In this document: positions 46,555 through 56,473 of the stretch, piece by piece
Layout: each line of letters opens with the position of its first letter
Numbering within the stretch: position 1 is the stretch's first letter
From: a virus
DNA length: 64,000 nucleotides
Strand: one strand, 5' to 3'
Virus record (IMG/VR): IMGVR_UViG_3300018053_000002
Coordinates: 10,063-74,062 of that record
Program-made: the position numbers and the translations under genes
The notes under the pieces: model-generated
Database searches by the model: none
Told to the model about the DNA's origin: nothing
Seen by the model: only the letters and a program-made list of their open reading frames with translations

Positions 46555-47045
46555 AGGTCCTCAGCGTTGGCGATGGCGAGGAACGCCGGCTCGTCGAATC
46601 TCAGCATGAGTAGCTGGGCGATCATCGCATCCTCGGTGGGTAGGCGCTGGTTGGCACCCTGCCACATGTCCGGATGGGCGCACAGACGTTGCCGGCGGCC
46701 GTTCAGTCGCTCGATGTTCTGGGAGACGCCGTGCCGGATCAGGTAGTGACCACCAGCCGACCCGATGACCCGGAACGACCTATCTCTGTTGTAGCGGCCC
46801 CGTTCGGTTGGACTGAGCAGGGATCGGAGGGTGGCCTGAGCCCGCTCTTCAGCCGCATTCTCGCGCGCACGCTGCTCTTCACGTTCCCGGTCCCGCTCAG
46901 CTCGTTGTACCTCGCGCTCTCGGGCTAGCTCAGCTCGTCGTTCCAAGGTGACGGTGTAGCTCGTGGTCAGTGGGGCGTAGTACATGGTGCCCAACGTGAT
47001 CCAGGTCCCCGTCGTGCTCGCGGTCGTGGTCAGGTAGACGGGCAC
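46551..47045 (-). CDS. hypothetical protein
   Basis: Coiled coil, then LCAHP...LPTED..IAQLL.L..DE..FL..AN. Confidence 0.7.
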   Translation of the reverse strand: MPVYLTTTASTTGTWITLGTMYYAPLTTSYTVTLERRAELAREREVQRAERDREREEQRARENAAEERAQATLRSLLSPTERGRYNRDRSFRVIGSAGGHYLIRHGVSQNIERLNGRRQRLCAHPDMWQGANQRLPTEDAMIAQLLMLRFDEPAFLAIANAEDL

Positions 47046-47046
47046 C

Positions 47047-47172
47047 TCAGGGACGCCAGCCTGACAACCAAGCAGTGATCAATACGCCGCCGAGACCCAT
47101 GCAAAAGCTGAAGATGAAGACGGGGCGCCAGTAGGTCCACCAGGTCTGGCGTACGTGTGACCGTATGGGCAC
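47047..47172 (-). CDS. small single-TM protein (not in ORF track)
   Basis: GTG start, 41 aa, fills the gap exactly. Confidence 0.5.
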   Translation of the reverse strand: MPIRSHVRQTWWTYWRPVFIFSFCMGLGGVLITAWLSGWRP

Positions 47173-47173
47173 C

Positions 47174-47401
47174 TCAGCCACCAGCCAACGGCGGGGTCAG
47201 CATGATGCGCTCGTGCTCGGGGTTGAACTCACGGATCACCTCGCCACGGTTGCCGTCACGATCCAGGCGGTAGGCCAGGTAGCCCTTCTTCCTCATGGCG
47301 GTGAAGTGGGCTCGGGCGGGCTCGACCTCATCCGGGAGGGAGGCGTCCCAGTTCATCGTGGTGTCGCCGGACGGGTCGAGGGTGCTCATCTGGTGCGTCA
47401 T
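47174..47401 (-). CDS. small protein with C-terminal Gly-Gly
   Basis: 75 aa ending TPPLAGG; GGAG RBS. Confidence 0.75.
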   Translation of the reverse strand: MTHQMSTLDPSGDTTMNWDASLPDEVEPARAHFTAMRKKGYLAYRLDRDGNRGEVIREFNPEHERIMLTPPLAGG

Positions 47402-48204
47402 TGGAATGGCTCCATTTCAGCGGTGGAAGGGAGGACGCGAGCGGTGTATGCCCCTAAGATCTCGCGTCCTCCCGGCATGAGCTAACGGGAGGCTCGATGG
47501 TCCTACCCACTACCCACGCCTTGTGGCCGACGTTACGTTCAGCCTTTCGGGTCGTCAAGGCATCCGAGACAGTTGATCTGCGCCGGGTTCCTTGACTCGC
47601 TCTCTATCCGGCCTTAGCGTGACCATGCCCCGCACACCGGGGGGACTTTGGGGCTGGCTTGCGGGCGCGACGTCGGGCCAGCCCCAAAGTGTTGGGACAT
47701 CCCACTAAAGGGTCGTACGGCTAGGGGTTCCAGGCCAGAGCTGCGACCCGCTCAGGGGCCGACCCCCGCCTCCACACACCAGGGTCGGCCCCTGAGTCTT
47801 GTCCCCGACAGTAGGGCTCCGGTGAGTACGACTGTTCGCAGCCAGCGTAAAGACCGGTAGTGCGATGGCTGTGGCACCGATAAGCGGGCCCCACGTGACC
47901 GAATAGCCTAGTGCTGCGAACAGCCCACACCGCTAACGTCGCCGGCCATGAGCGTGGCCCTTCTGCCCTGCAATGCACACAGCCCGACGGGGTCACGTTC
48001 GTGCTGGGAGGTGGACACTCCCACGGTATGCACGACCCCCGGGCCCACGAGCTGGCCAGGTGAAGGGTCCGGGGGAACGTGCTCGGAGGCGGTCGGAGGT
48101 AAGTTGATGGGCTGGTCACTGCGTGTCTGGCTGACCGTGGGGGTCGTCACGGTTATCGTCGGCATGACTCTGATCGTGATCGGGGTGACGAGGGCGGCGA
48201 TGCA

Positions 48205-48528
48205 ATGAATCTGCTGTACTTCGGGCGCCGTTGGGATGCGCCGATGCTCGACGACGCGCTGCGGGTCCCCGTCCCGGTCGGCGAGCGTTGCCTCTCCTGC
48301 GAAGAGGTCGTCACGGCCAAGGACCGCGGGTTTGTCCGGTCGACCCTCAAGGCCAACGGCACGGGGCTACTGCAACCGCAGCACTTGGAGTGTGATCTCC
48401 GACTGGTGCTCGGGCATGTCTACGGGGTGTGCGGGTGCACCGGGTACGGGACCACTCGGGTCGAGGCCCAGCTCGTGCTTATGCTCCTCAATCGGGACCG
48501 GTGCGAACAGGGGCGAGATCCTCTGTAA
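48205..48528 (+). CDS. hypothetical Cys/His protein
   Basis: WDAP, CLSC, HLEC, CGC. Confidence 0.65.
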   Translation: MNLLYFGRRWDAPMLDDALRVPVPVGERCLSCEEVVTAKDRGFVRSTLKANGTGLLQPQHLECDLRLVLGHVYGVCGCTGYGTTRVEAQLVLMLLNRDRCEQGRDPL

Positions 48529-48580
48529 GCTCATTGACGAACTATGACTGAAGGGTAAGACTGGCCGGGGAAGGGTCCAG

Positions 48581-48856
48581 ATGGTTATCCAGTGCATAGG
48601 CAAGTCAGATGCCATGGAGCTGATCCGCTCGTTGCGGGAGTGGGTCGACAAGGCCGACGCTGGGAGCGCCCAGCAAATGATTGATCTCAGGTGGCAATTG
48701 TCCCAAATCCACAACTGGCTGTCGGTGCTGCCGGAGCACGTGACGTGTGAGCCGCCAGCGTTCTCCTTGCTCGCCAGTCCGGTGGAATACCTGCCCCGTC
48801 GGCGACCGCAGCCCACCACGTATGGCGGTCAGAACAATGGCCGGGAGGCGACCTGA
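48581..48856 (+). CDS. hypothetical protein
   Basis: ORF in rightward small-gene cluster. Confidence 0.45.
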   Translation: MVIQCIGKSDAMELIRSLREWVDKADAGSAQQMIDLRWQLSQIHNWLSVLPEHVTCEPPAFSLLASPVEYLPRRRPQPTTYGGQNNGREAT

Positions 48857-48949
48857 TGTCTGTCGGCGCCAGGTTGTTTATGATGATCGTTGGTGGGCTC
48901 ATGCTTGTCTGGGTCTGTGTCTGGGTCCTGCGTAACGGGAGATGATCTG

Positions 48950-49261
48950 ATGACCATTAGAGATGACCTAGCCGAATACCGGGCCGTCGCCGGCCGTACC
49001 CTGCATGAGCGGATCACGTTGGCGATCCATGGCACTGACTGCTCCGACGGGGATCAATGCCAGGTGGAGGTCTCACCGAACGGTCGATATGGCCGATATG
49101 CCGGCGCGGCGCTCGGGGTGGTCCGGGGCGATGCCACCGACGCGCTCAAGCACCACCTGTTCGCGGCCTACCTTACCTACGTTCGAGGGGATCGCACACT
49201 GGCTCGGGAGCTGACCGAGCTGACGTTGACGACCATGGGCAACTGGTTCGAGGAGTCATGA
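48950..49261 (+). CDS. hypothetical protein
   Basis: ORF in cluster. Confidence 0.55.
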   Translation: MTIRDDLAEYRAVAGRTLHERITLAIHGTDCSDGDQCQVEVSPNGRYGRYAGAALGVVRGDATDALKHHLFAAYLTYVRGDRTLARELTELTLTTMGNWFEES

Positions 49262-49382
49262 GCGGGACCAACCTCGTGGGCCGCATCCATGTCCGTGTAC
49301 GTGGGTTCTCCACGCAGAGGGAGAAGGGTGCTCGCTGGCACGCCCGTCGAAAAGCGAAGATCAAACGAAGGCGGCGGCGGTC

Positions 49383-49823
49383 ATGACCAACCCGGCGATG
49401 TACGAGGTGGCGAAGCGGGTCGTCGAGGCATGGCTTGATCGGCAGGAGGAGATCGAAGACCTCGTCGATGCCCTCTGGCCTGTCGCCATAGCTGAGGGGC
49501 GTCGGCAAGCTGCGGAGGCGATCCGGACCGCGGGGCGTGAGGTGTATGAGGCCACCGGGCTGGAGACGTTCATGTGGCCGGAAGAGGCTGCCCTGATCGC
49601 TGAGGGGAGTCATGATGCCCCGGTGGTTGTGCAAGGGGTCAAGAACGAGCGCAGTTGGAATCGTTTGGCATTCGTCGTGTGGGACATCCCGCATGAATGC
49701 TTCAGAGCGGTTTGTTACATCTGCGACTGGCGTGGGAGCGATGCCGAGACCCACGCGGCGGCTGAACCCGAGCTGGCCGTACACGTGGCTACCACCGACC
49801 ACCTGGAGCGGATGTCGCCATGA
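49383..49823 (+). CDS. hypothetical protein
   Basis: ATGA couplings; CxxC. Confidence 0.6.
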   Translation: MTNPAMYEVAKRVVEAWLDRQEEIEDLVDALWPVAIAEGRRQAAEAIRTAGREVYEATGLETFMWPEEAALIAEGSHDAPVVVQGVKNERSWNRLAFVVWDIPHECFRAVCYICDWRGSDAETHAAAEPELAVHVATTDHLERMSP

Positions 49824-49992
49824 ACTGGCAAGTCGTCATCCCGATCGTGTTGGCCCTTGTCAGTGTTGGGCTCGGCTGGAGTATTCGGGCGTATATCGAG
49901 CTGGGCAATGACCTTCGTGAGCTTGAGGTCCACGTCAATCGGCTGGAGAAGATGCTCCGTGAGAGTCCCCTGATTGAGTCCAAGGAGGAGTA

Positions 49993-50319
49993 GTGACCTC
50001 GACCTTTGCCGGTGCATCGGCCAAGGAGATCCGGGCGGCCATCGACGACATTGCTCGGGCAATCAAGGCGATCCGGGGCCTGGACGAGATGCCGTCACGT
50101 GAGGTCGCGATGCGCCATATGATCCAGTTCCTCGACGGTCTCATGGACCAGCTCGTCGCAGCCGGCGTCTGTCCCGAGCGACCGGAGCTGCGTGGTGATC
50201 AGCAACTCGGGCTGTACCCCTGCCCGTTCTGTAGCTGCATGGTCCTGGCGGGGGAGCCTCATAGCCCTCACGATCAAGGGTGCGCGCTGGGCCTGGACGG
50301 GTTCGGGATATGGCGGTAA
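49993..50319 (+). CDS. hypothetical protein
   Basis: AAGGAGG RBS; CPFC...PH...C. Confidence 0.6.
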   Translation: MTSTFAGASAKEIRAAIDDIARAIKAIRGLDEMPSREVAMRHMIQFLDGLMDQLVAAGVCPERPELRGDQQLGLYPCPFCSCMVLAGEPHSPHDQGCALGLDGFGIWR

Positions 50320-50620
50320 GACTGAGCCTGATCCTCATCCTCGCCACGCTCCTCTTCCTGGTGATCTGGCGATGGTTCGAGTGGTTGGCCCGCAAGGATA
50401 AGGACCCACGATGACGATGGGGTTCTCATGAGGGTGTATGAGATCTTGTTAGCCTTGTTCCTGAGGTGAAATGAGAGGTGACGATCTATGCTTACTGACC
50501 CTAAAGCTGTCGAAATTATCAGCAAAGCACGCCAGGTGGGCGTCGCCCAGCCCGCTCGTGTACTGATGCGTTGCAAGCCGAGCGCCACTGACACGCGCTT
50601 CCGGTGGAGGCGAGCCTGAC

Positions 50621-51010
50621 GTGACGTACCGGCTAATTGGTGAACAAGGGGTGACCATGCTGCCTGATCCTGAGGGTGAGTTCGCCTGGATCGATGAGTT
50701 GGCCAGTGGTCCCGAGGCCGTGGCCATCCGGACGCAGGTTGATGTCTTGCGCCGGTCTATGCGCTCGATGATGGATGAGATTGCTCGGCTACGTAATGAG
50801 CGGGACTATGCGCGGGAGCAGTATCAGGAGGCTGCCAACGCGGCCGGAGACTATGCGGTGAAGCTCAAGGCTGCGGAAGAGGTCATCGCGCGGGCGCGGG
50901 AGATCCATGGACCGGTGATCGTGTTAGGTGGTGGCGTCGTCCCTTGCCGCGCCGGTTGTGGTGGGTGGCCTTGTAAAACCATCCGTGCTCTCGACGGGGA
51001 GCTGGCATGA
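50621..51010 (+). CDS. coiled-coil hypothetical protein
   Basis: C-terminal H...C..C...WPC.T.RAL. Confidence 0.65.
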   Translation: MTYRLIGEQGVTMLPDPEGEFAWIDELASGPEAVAIRTQVDVLRRSMRSMMDEIARLRNERDYAREQYQEAANAAGDYAVKLKAAEEVIARAREIHGPVIVLGGGVVPCRAGCGGWPCKTIRALDGELA

Positions 51011-51204
51011 CTAACATGCGACCACCGGAACGGGACCCGACCCGGAAGGTGATGCACTCGTCCTTCGCCATCCTGGCCATGGTCCTTGCGGTGGTTGTGG
51101 TGCTCATCATTATCTGTTGCTGCTTGTACCTCTTCTACTTCAGCGCGGAGTACAACAAGCAGCAGGGGGGCTCTATCACCGATGTGATCGAGGTGGGGAC
51201 GTGA
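51007..51204 (+). CDS. small membrane protein
   Basis: One TM; coupled. Confidence 0.6.
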   Translation: MTNMRPPERDPTRKVMHSSFAILAMVLAVVVVLIIICCCLYLFYFSAEYNKQQGGSITDVIEVGT

Positions 51205-51425
51205 CCAATACCTACGACCGACGGCTTGATCGATTGGTTGGTCATGACTACCCCGGTGTTCATACTCGTGGGTTCGTTCAGTACGAGCTGGACGAGTTGG
51301 AGCTGGGTGCCCGTGCGGCCATGGCGATCGACGATCCGGAGCAGGCGTGGTGGGAGGTCGTGGGCTATCCCGGTCTACGTGAGCTGGAAGCGTTGGAGGC
51401 GGCTGATGGGCCGGCGGCGCGGTAA
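51201..51425 (+). CDS. hypothetical protein
   Basis: GTGA coupling. Confidence 0.55.
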   Translation: MTNTYDRRLDRLVGHDYPGVHTRGFVQYELDELELGARAAMAIDDPEQAWWEVVGYPGLRELEALEAADGPAAR

Positions 51426-51634
51426 GCCTGGTCGAGGGCGTACCAAAGGAAGTTCGCGACATTGAGCGGGCAGTGATCCAGGCTGGTGGCACGGTGGAGC
51501 GCACGGGTAATGGTCACCTGAAGATCACGGGACCAGCCGGCGTCGCCATAGTTGCGTCGGAGCCAGGGTCTAATTCGATGCGCACGACACTGCGAACGAT
51601 CAAGTTCTATGCTGGCCTGGATCTGGAGCTGTGA
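51406..51634 (+). pseudogene. HicA-like protein split by a 1-nt frameshift
   Basis: GGAGG + ATG 51406 (MGRRRGKPGRG); +1 frame continues VPKEVRDIERAVIQAGGTVERTGNGHLKITGP... Confidence 0.5.
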
Positions 51635-51652
51635 GGATGAGAGAATGCGGGT

Positions 51653-51874
51653 GTGATGAAGACCTGCGGGGCACCCGTCATTTACCCACCCGACTTGGAG
51701 ATCGTTCATCCGTGTTCACGCCCGGCTGGCCACGCACATCCTCGTATCCACTGGTGCAATGCACAGATCGACGCTTGGGCGGCCAGCCTGCCCCGACTGG
51801 TGGACATGTCAGAGGAGAGGCGGGCCAGGCTTTCATTGCTGTTCGCGCCAGCTCGTCCGAAGAAACGTATGTGA
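51653..51874 (+). CDS. small Cys/His protein, paralogue of 61329-61577
   Basis: CGAPV.YPP...CSRPAGH...HWC.AQI.AWAASLPRLVDMS. Confidence 0.7.
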   Translation: MMKTCGAPVIYPPDLEIVHPCSRPAGHAHPRIHWCNAQIDAWAASLPRLVDMSEERRARLSLLFAPARPKKRM

Positions 51875-52014
51875 TCAATCTTACATCTAGTTTAGCTTCT
51901 ATCTTCCCAGGTCAAGCCCTTGATCTCGTGTACCGATACCCGAAGTTCGGCAAGACGAGGTTCGGAATTTAGTACATCGGTGGTACGTTACCCCTAGTGA
52001 AGGGGTGAGGCCCG

Positions 52015-52254
52015 ATGAGTACAGCCAAGGACTATGGCTACCAGGGTCACCAGGGAGTGGCCGAGGTCGAGGCGGAATCAGTCGCCTACATCGTCTCGGC
52101 TGCGCTCGGGCTTGACCGGAGCGACTATTCCACCGACTATCTGGTGGGGTGGGCGAGCGGCGACATCGAGGTTGTCCGGAACACGGCGGCCAAGGTGACG
52201 ACGGTAGCCCGAGAGATCCTCGACGCGCTCGGCGTCAAGGGCGAGGAAAACTGA
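52015..52254 (+). CDS. stand-alone C-terminal fragment resembling ArdC-type/zincin domain
   Basis: EVEAESVAYIV...G......YL.GW, lacking the upstream HExxH. Confidence 0.65.
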   Translation: MSTAKDYGYQGHQGVAEVEAESVAYIVSAALGLDRSDYSTDYLVGWASGDIEVVRNTAAKVTTVAREILDALGVKGEEN

Positions 52255-52313
52255 CATGGACGGGACCGTACTCAGTGATGGGTACGGTCCCGTTCGCAAT
52301 GGAGGGTGAGGAC

Positions 52314-53078
52314 ATGAGTGATCGTGTGAGGGTGCCCAGTCTTCCCGAATGTGACATCCACAAATACGAGCTGAACACGACAGGGGTCACAGCTCACTAC
52401 GACGGCAAGACTGTGAAGGGCCCGTGGGCCTATATGTGTGAGGGGTGCTTCACGTCTCATGGCATCGGGCTCGGGACGGGCAGAGGACAACGACTGTACG
52501 TGGAGGGTGAGGACATGAACGACAAGACCGTGCGGGTGCTGATCGTGTACCCGGACCTACCGGCCGAGACTAAGGACATCACGGCCAAGCTGAAGACGTT
52601 CCAAGAGATCGTCGGTGGCTACATCGAGGGCGTCTCTCCGGTACGTGGGACAGTGCGTTGGCACGCCTACTGCAATGAGGAAGGCAAGCTCCAGGGGCTA
52701 CCGATCAACCGGATTGCCACCAACATCGCGGTCGCGGCCGGCTGGACAACGACCGATCTCCTGGTGGGTCCCGTGGTGTTCCTCGGTGACGTGGAGAGTG
52801 ACGACGAGGAGGACGAGGGCGGCGAGGCCGACGTGCCACAAGAGCTGGTCGACCTGCTCGACGTCGAGCACGTGCAGTATCGGGTCGAAATCCTGGCAAC
52901 CAACGAGATCAACTGGGCCACTAACCAGCGCCGATTCGACACTATCGCGGAGGCCGAGACGCACGCCCGTGACCTCTACTCGCGATGGATGCTGGTGGAG
53001 AAGGCCAGTGTGGTCCCCGAGTCCACGCCATATCGTCAGCCCTATGTGGCCGGTGAGCGCGAGGAGGTCAAGCTGTGA
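52314..53078 (+). CDS. fusion protein containing DUF3846-like domain
   Basis: LKTFQEIVGGYIE...CNEEGKLQGLPINRIAT...LVGPVVF. Confidence 0.75.
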   Translation: MSDRVRVPSLPECDIHKYELNTTGVTAHYDGKTVKGPWAYMCEGCFTSHGIGLGTGRGQRLYVEGEDMNDKTVRVLIVYPDLPAETKDITAKLKTFQEIVGGYIEGVSPVRGTVRWHAYCNEEGKLQGLPINRIATNIAVAAGWTTTDLLVGPVVFLGDVESDDEEDEGGEADVPQELVDLLDVEHVQYRVEILATNEINWATNQRRFDTIAEAETHARDLYSRWMLVEKASVVPESTPYRQPYVAGEREEVKL

Positions 53079-53365
53079 GTGACGTCTGGTCAGAGGAGAC
53101 GCTGCGAGTTGAGGCTGAATCGGATGGGCTCGACACGCACGACCTGGAGCTGTTCAGCCGGTGGCTGTCGCGTGGCGATGGCGTCGCGGTCTACGAGAAC
53201 CATGACCTGGGGCACCCCGAAGTGGGGCACCGGCAGTGGATGTCCTACGGGGGCACCGCCGCACAACTGGAGGTCGACACGCCACCAACCACGCTCCCGG
53301 ACATCGGGGGCCGGATCCACTGGCGGTACCAACTGATCGCCACATGCCGACGTGAGGTGAAGTGA
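53075..53365 (+). CDS. hypothetical protein
   Basis: GAGGAGG RBS; coupled. Confidence 0.65.
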   Translation: MSDVWSEETLRVEAESDGLDTHDLELFSRWLSRGDGVAVYENHDLGHPEVGHRQWMSYGGTAAQLEVDTPPTTLPDIGGRIHWRYQLIATCRREVK

Positions 53366-54018
53366 TGACCGTTCCCCACGACCGCGACCCGTCCAATATC
53401 AACTATTGCCGGACCTGCCGTACTGCGCTGGAGGTGTTCTACGGCACCGGGCACCTTCAGTACCGGCACACCCGGCCGGGCCATGACGATCACATGCCTG
53501 TACCGACGCCGGTTACCGAGCTGGACCACGTTGAGATGGTCTGTGACTTCTGTTCCGGCCCAGACGTGACGTGGTGCTACGTGCTCTCCGACATTGAGAA
53601 GAAGCAGGGCATCGTCAAGCGGGTCACCGCGGACCTGGCCGACTACCGGGATCAGCACTACGCCGCTCGTGTTCGCAAGGTTCAGACCGAGGGTACTTTC
53701 ACCCGTCACATGGGCGAGCGGTGGACTGCCTGCAATGACTGTTCTGAGGCCATCGAGGCTGACGACGTTATGGCGCTGGTACGGCACGTTACGTCGACAC
53801 TGGCAACCAAGCACACCCGGGCCAATCGAATTGCAGAGACCCGGGCCAAGCTGGTGGTTGCTTACACCGAGATGTTCTCACTGTCCCGGACCCGTGTGGC
53901 TGTCACTAAGGACAACCCGCTCGGACTACCGGGGAGACGACGAGATGACGTTTGGCTCGGGCCGCCTATGGAGCCGGACATGACGTGGTTAGGAGACGAC
54001 GATGCCCCGTCAAGCTGA
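53362..54018 (+). CDS. Zn-binding hypothetical protein
   Basis: CRTC, CDFC, WTACNDC. Confidence 0.7.
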   Translation: MMTVPHDRDPSNINYCRTCRTALEVFYGTGHLQYRHTRPGHDDHMPVPTPVTELDHVEMVCDFCSGPDVTWCYVLSDIEKKQGIVKRVTADLADYRDQHYAARVRKVQTEGTFTRHMGERWTACNDCSEAIEADDVMALVRHVTSTLATKHTRANRIAETRAKLVVAYTEMFSLSRTRVAVTKDNPLGLPGRRRDDVWLGPPMEPDMTWLGDDDAPSS

Positions 54019-55477
54019 TCTTCATGTGCCCAAGCGAGCCCGTATCCTGGCCCGGCTATCAGAGGCCGACGACGAGGAGAACGGCAACGGCAGTAAGGGG
54101 ATCAACGACCAGATCGACGACCTCCGGGCCGAGGCTGCCAGGATGGGCTGGACGGTGCTGGAACCCCCGGTGGTAGAGGACGGCGTCTCTGCTTTCAAAC
54201 GGCGCCGGGTGACCCTCTCAGACGGCCGGAAGGTCTACCGTGTCGTACGACCGGCACTGGCCAAGCTCCTCGACGAGCTGACGTCCGGGGTGGCCGATGG
54301 GTTGCTCGCCTACGACATCGACCGGGCGTTCCGGGACCCGCAAGACCTGGAAGACCTGATCATGGTCGTGGAGATGAGTCGACCACGGATCCCGGTACGG
54401 TCGCTGACCGGCTCGCTCCGGCTCGACAACGACGCGGACATCACGATGAGCCGGATCCATGTCGTGATGGCCAACAAGTCCTCGAAGGACACCGGCCGGC
54501 GGGTTTCCCGGGCCAAGCTCCGTCAGGCGCTCAACGGGGAGTATGGCGGGGGCCGGCGCCCGTATGGGTTCGAGGCCGATGGCGTGACCCCACGACCGTC
54601 CGAGGTGGCCGAGATCGTGAAGGCGGGTGAGGAGATCCTTACCGGTGTCAGTCTCAAGGCCATCGTGCGGGACCTCAACGCCCGTGGGCTCGTCACGGTC
54701 ACCGGTACCCAGTGGACGTCTGACGGGCTGCGTGCGGTGCTCCTGAGGGCGCGCAATGCCGGTCTGATGGTGCACCGGGGTGAAGAGGTGGGGCCGGCGC
54801 CGTGGGATCCCCTCGTACCCGAGGACCAGTGGCGCGTGATCGTGGCCAAGCTGACCGACCCGGCCCGCAAGACCTCCCCCGGCCCGGCACCGCGGTGGCT
54901 CGGCAGTGGCCTGTACCAGTGCGGTGTCTGTGGCTCCGGCCTGCGGGTGCACACCTTTGGCTATGACGCGACCCGGCAGCCCACCTACCGGTGCCAGGCC
55001 ACGGGGGGTGGTCACGTAGCTCGTACCGTTGCCTCGCTCGATGCTGCCGTGGTCGACACGATCGTGAGGTGGATGACGAGCCAGGACGTCTCCGAGCTGG
55101 TGCTCCCACGCACCGAGGGGGTCGACGTGGCCGCGCTGCGAATGGAGGTCATGACTCTTCGGGCCAGCCTGGACGACCTCGGTGCCATGTACGTGGACCG
55201 CACTATCGACAAACGCCAACTGGAGTCGGGCACGAAGCGGGCCCACGTGCGGATGGAGGAGCTGCAACGCACACTGGAGGGGGCGACGGCAACCTCTCCG
55301 CTGGTGTCGTTGGCGGGCGCGCTGGACGTCCGGGCGGCCTGGGAGGCATTGCCACTGGGCAGTCAGCGCCGGGTCATCGAGGAGCTGATGACTGTGACCG
55401 TGCTACCGATCCCTGAGGGTGGTCGTGGGCTCAGCCCGGACACCCTCCGAATCGAACCAAAGAAAGGTGGGTCATGA
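54002..55477 (+). CDS. int: large serine recombinase (integrase)
   Basis: ARLS catalytic Ser; EDGVSAF...RPAL; DIDRAFR; GGRRPYGF recombinase domain; CGVCG...YRC Zn ribbon; coiled coil. Confidence 0.93.
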   Translation: MPRQADLHVPKRARILARLSEADDEENGNGSKGINDQIDDLRAEAARMGWTVLEPPVVEDGVSAFKRRRVTLSDGRKVYRVVRPALAKLLDELTSGVADGLLAYDIDRAFRDPQDLEDLIMVVEMSRPRIPVRSLTGSLRLDNDADITMSRIHVVMANKSSKDTGRRVSRAKLRQALNGEYGGGRRPYGFEADGVTPRPSEVAEIVKAGEEILTGVSLKAIVRDLNARGLVTVTGTQWTSDGLRAVLLRARNAGLMVHRGEEVGPAPWDPLVPEDQWRVIVAKLTDPARKTSPGPAPRWLGSGLYQCGVCGSGLRVHTFGYDATRQPTYRCQATGGGHVARTVASLDAAVVDTIVRWMTSQDVSELVLPRTEGVDVAALRMEVMTLRASLDDLGAMYVDRTIDKRQLESGTKRAHVRMEELQRTLEGATATSPLVSLAGALDVRAAWEALPLGSQRRVIEELMTVTVLPIPEGGRGLSPDTLRIEPKKGGS

Positions 55478-55636
55478 AGACGTTATTTGAGGATCTAGAG
55501 GCGCTAGAGGTGATGGTGGCGTTGAGAGAGAGGGAGGTCCAGCAGGCTCAGGAAGCTCTTGACGCTGCCCTGAACCGTTACGGCCAGGCAATCGCTCGCC
55601 GTACTACGGCCCACCTTGAGGGCAGGGTAGTTGGCC

Positions 55637-56080
55637 ATGAGCCAGGTTCCTGAGCGCCGATCCGAGGGCGTTTCGGCTGAGTTCAAGGAGTCGCTCGCCG
55701 AGAACATACACGAGAATGACGAACTGTACCGACGTCTCGCCACTGGCCCCCGAGGAGCCGGAATGACTGACAACCCGCCTGACGGGATCGAGTTCCAGGC
55801 TCCTGAGTGCGCTCATAGGTCGATGTCGGAGTGCACAGGCCCGGCGGATGTCGCCATTGTCTACCGCTCGGTGCATGGGCGTGAGCTGGACCGTGAGATG
55901 GTCTGTGCCGGCCATGTTGACGACCGGGTTGTGAGGATGGTTGAGAGGCGGTCCGCGGACATTTTCGTCGAGGGCCCGCAGCGATCCTCCTTCACGTGTC
56001 CAAAGTGCGGCATGGTGAGCCACAACCTGTTTAACACCGACGCCGGCTACTGCGGAGCTTGCCACGACTGGACCGGTTGA
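55637..56080 (+). CDS. hypothetical Zn-ribbon protein
   Basis: SFTCPKCGMVSHN...GYCGACHDWTG. Confidence 0.6.
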   Translation: MSQVPERRSEGVSAEFKESLAENIHENDELYRRLATGPRGAGMTDNPPDGIEFQAPECAHRSMSECTGPADVAIVYRSVHGRELDREMVCAGHVDDRVVRMVERRSADIFVEGPQRSSFTCPKCGMVSHNLFNTDAGYCGACHDWTG

Positions 56081-56099
56081 CCTCTCCTTGGACGCCAAC

Positions 56100-56133
56100 G
56101 ACCCCGGGCCACATATCCGGTGACCCGGGGTCT
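56100..56133. terminator. terminator-like hairpin between convergent units
   Basis: GACCCCGGG-CAC...GTGACCCGGGGTC. Confidence 0.7.
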
Positions 56134-56244
56134 CCCTGTTGGCTAGAGGTTCCTACGACCTCCGTCAGTTTTCAAGACTGACACGTCGGGTAGCCGCCAT
56201 CCTCTCACGCCAGCGACGGTTGAGAACGCCTCTTAGGTCTCAGT

Positions 56245-56318
56245 ACGTGCGCTCTGCCTGTTGAGCTACCCCGCCATGATTGGAGGCGGGGGCGGGATCC
56301 GAACCCGCAACCTCACGT
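56245..56318 (-). ncRNA. circularly permuted tRNA-like module 2
   Basis: ACGTG-AGGTT-GCGGG TTCGGAT CCCGC-CCCCGCC TCCAATCAT GGCGGGG-TA-GCTC AACAGGCA GAGC-G-CACGT. Confidence 0.8.
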
Positions 56319-56395
56319 AATTTGATGACGTCCGGTTGATCTGGCGATCGACGGCAATACTGAGTTTGGGACAAACAGCTTGAGTTTGAGTAGGC

Positions 56396-56473
56396 TCCCG
56401 ACGCCTCTGCCATTTGGGCTACCGGGGCATGATGGGAGCCCCGGGCTGGGATTTGAACCCGCACTGAACGGGA
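56396..56473 (-). ncRNA. circularly permuted tRNA-like module 1
   Basis: TCCCG-TTCAGT-GCGGG TTCAAAT CCCAGC-CCGGGGC TCCCATCAT GCCCCGG-TA-GCC CAAATGGCAGA GGC-GT-CGGGA. Confidence 0.78.

Noticed and set aside
51880-52010. attP site
   Set aside because: Only an imperfect inverted repeat, 2 kb from the integrase; cannot be supported without attL/attR comparison
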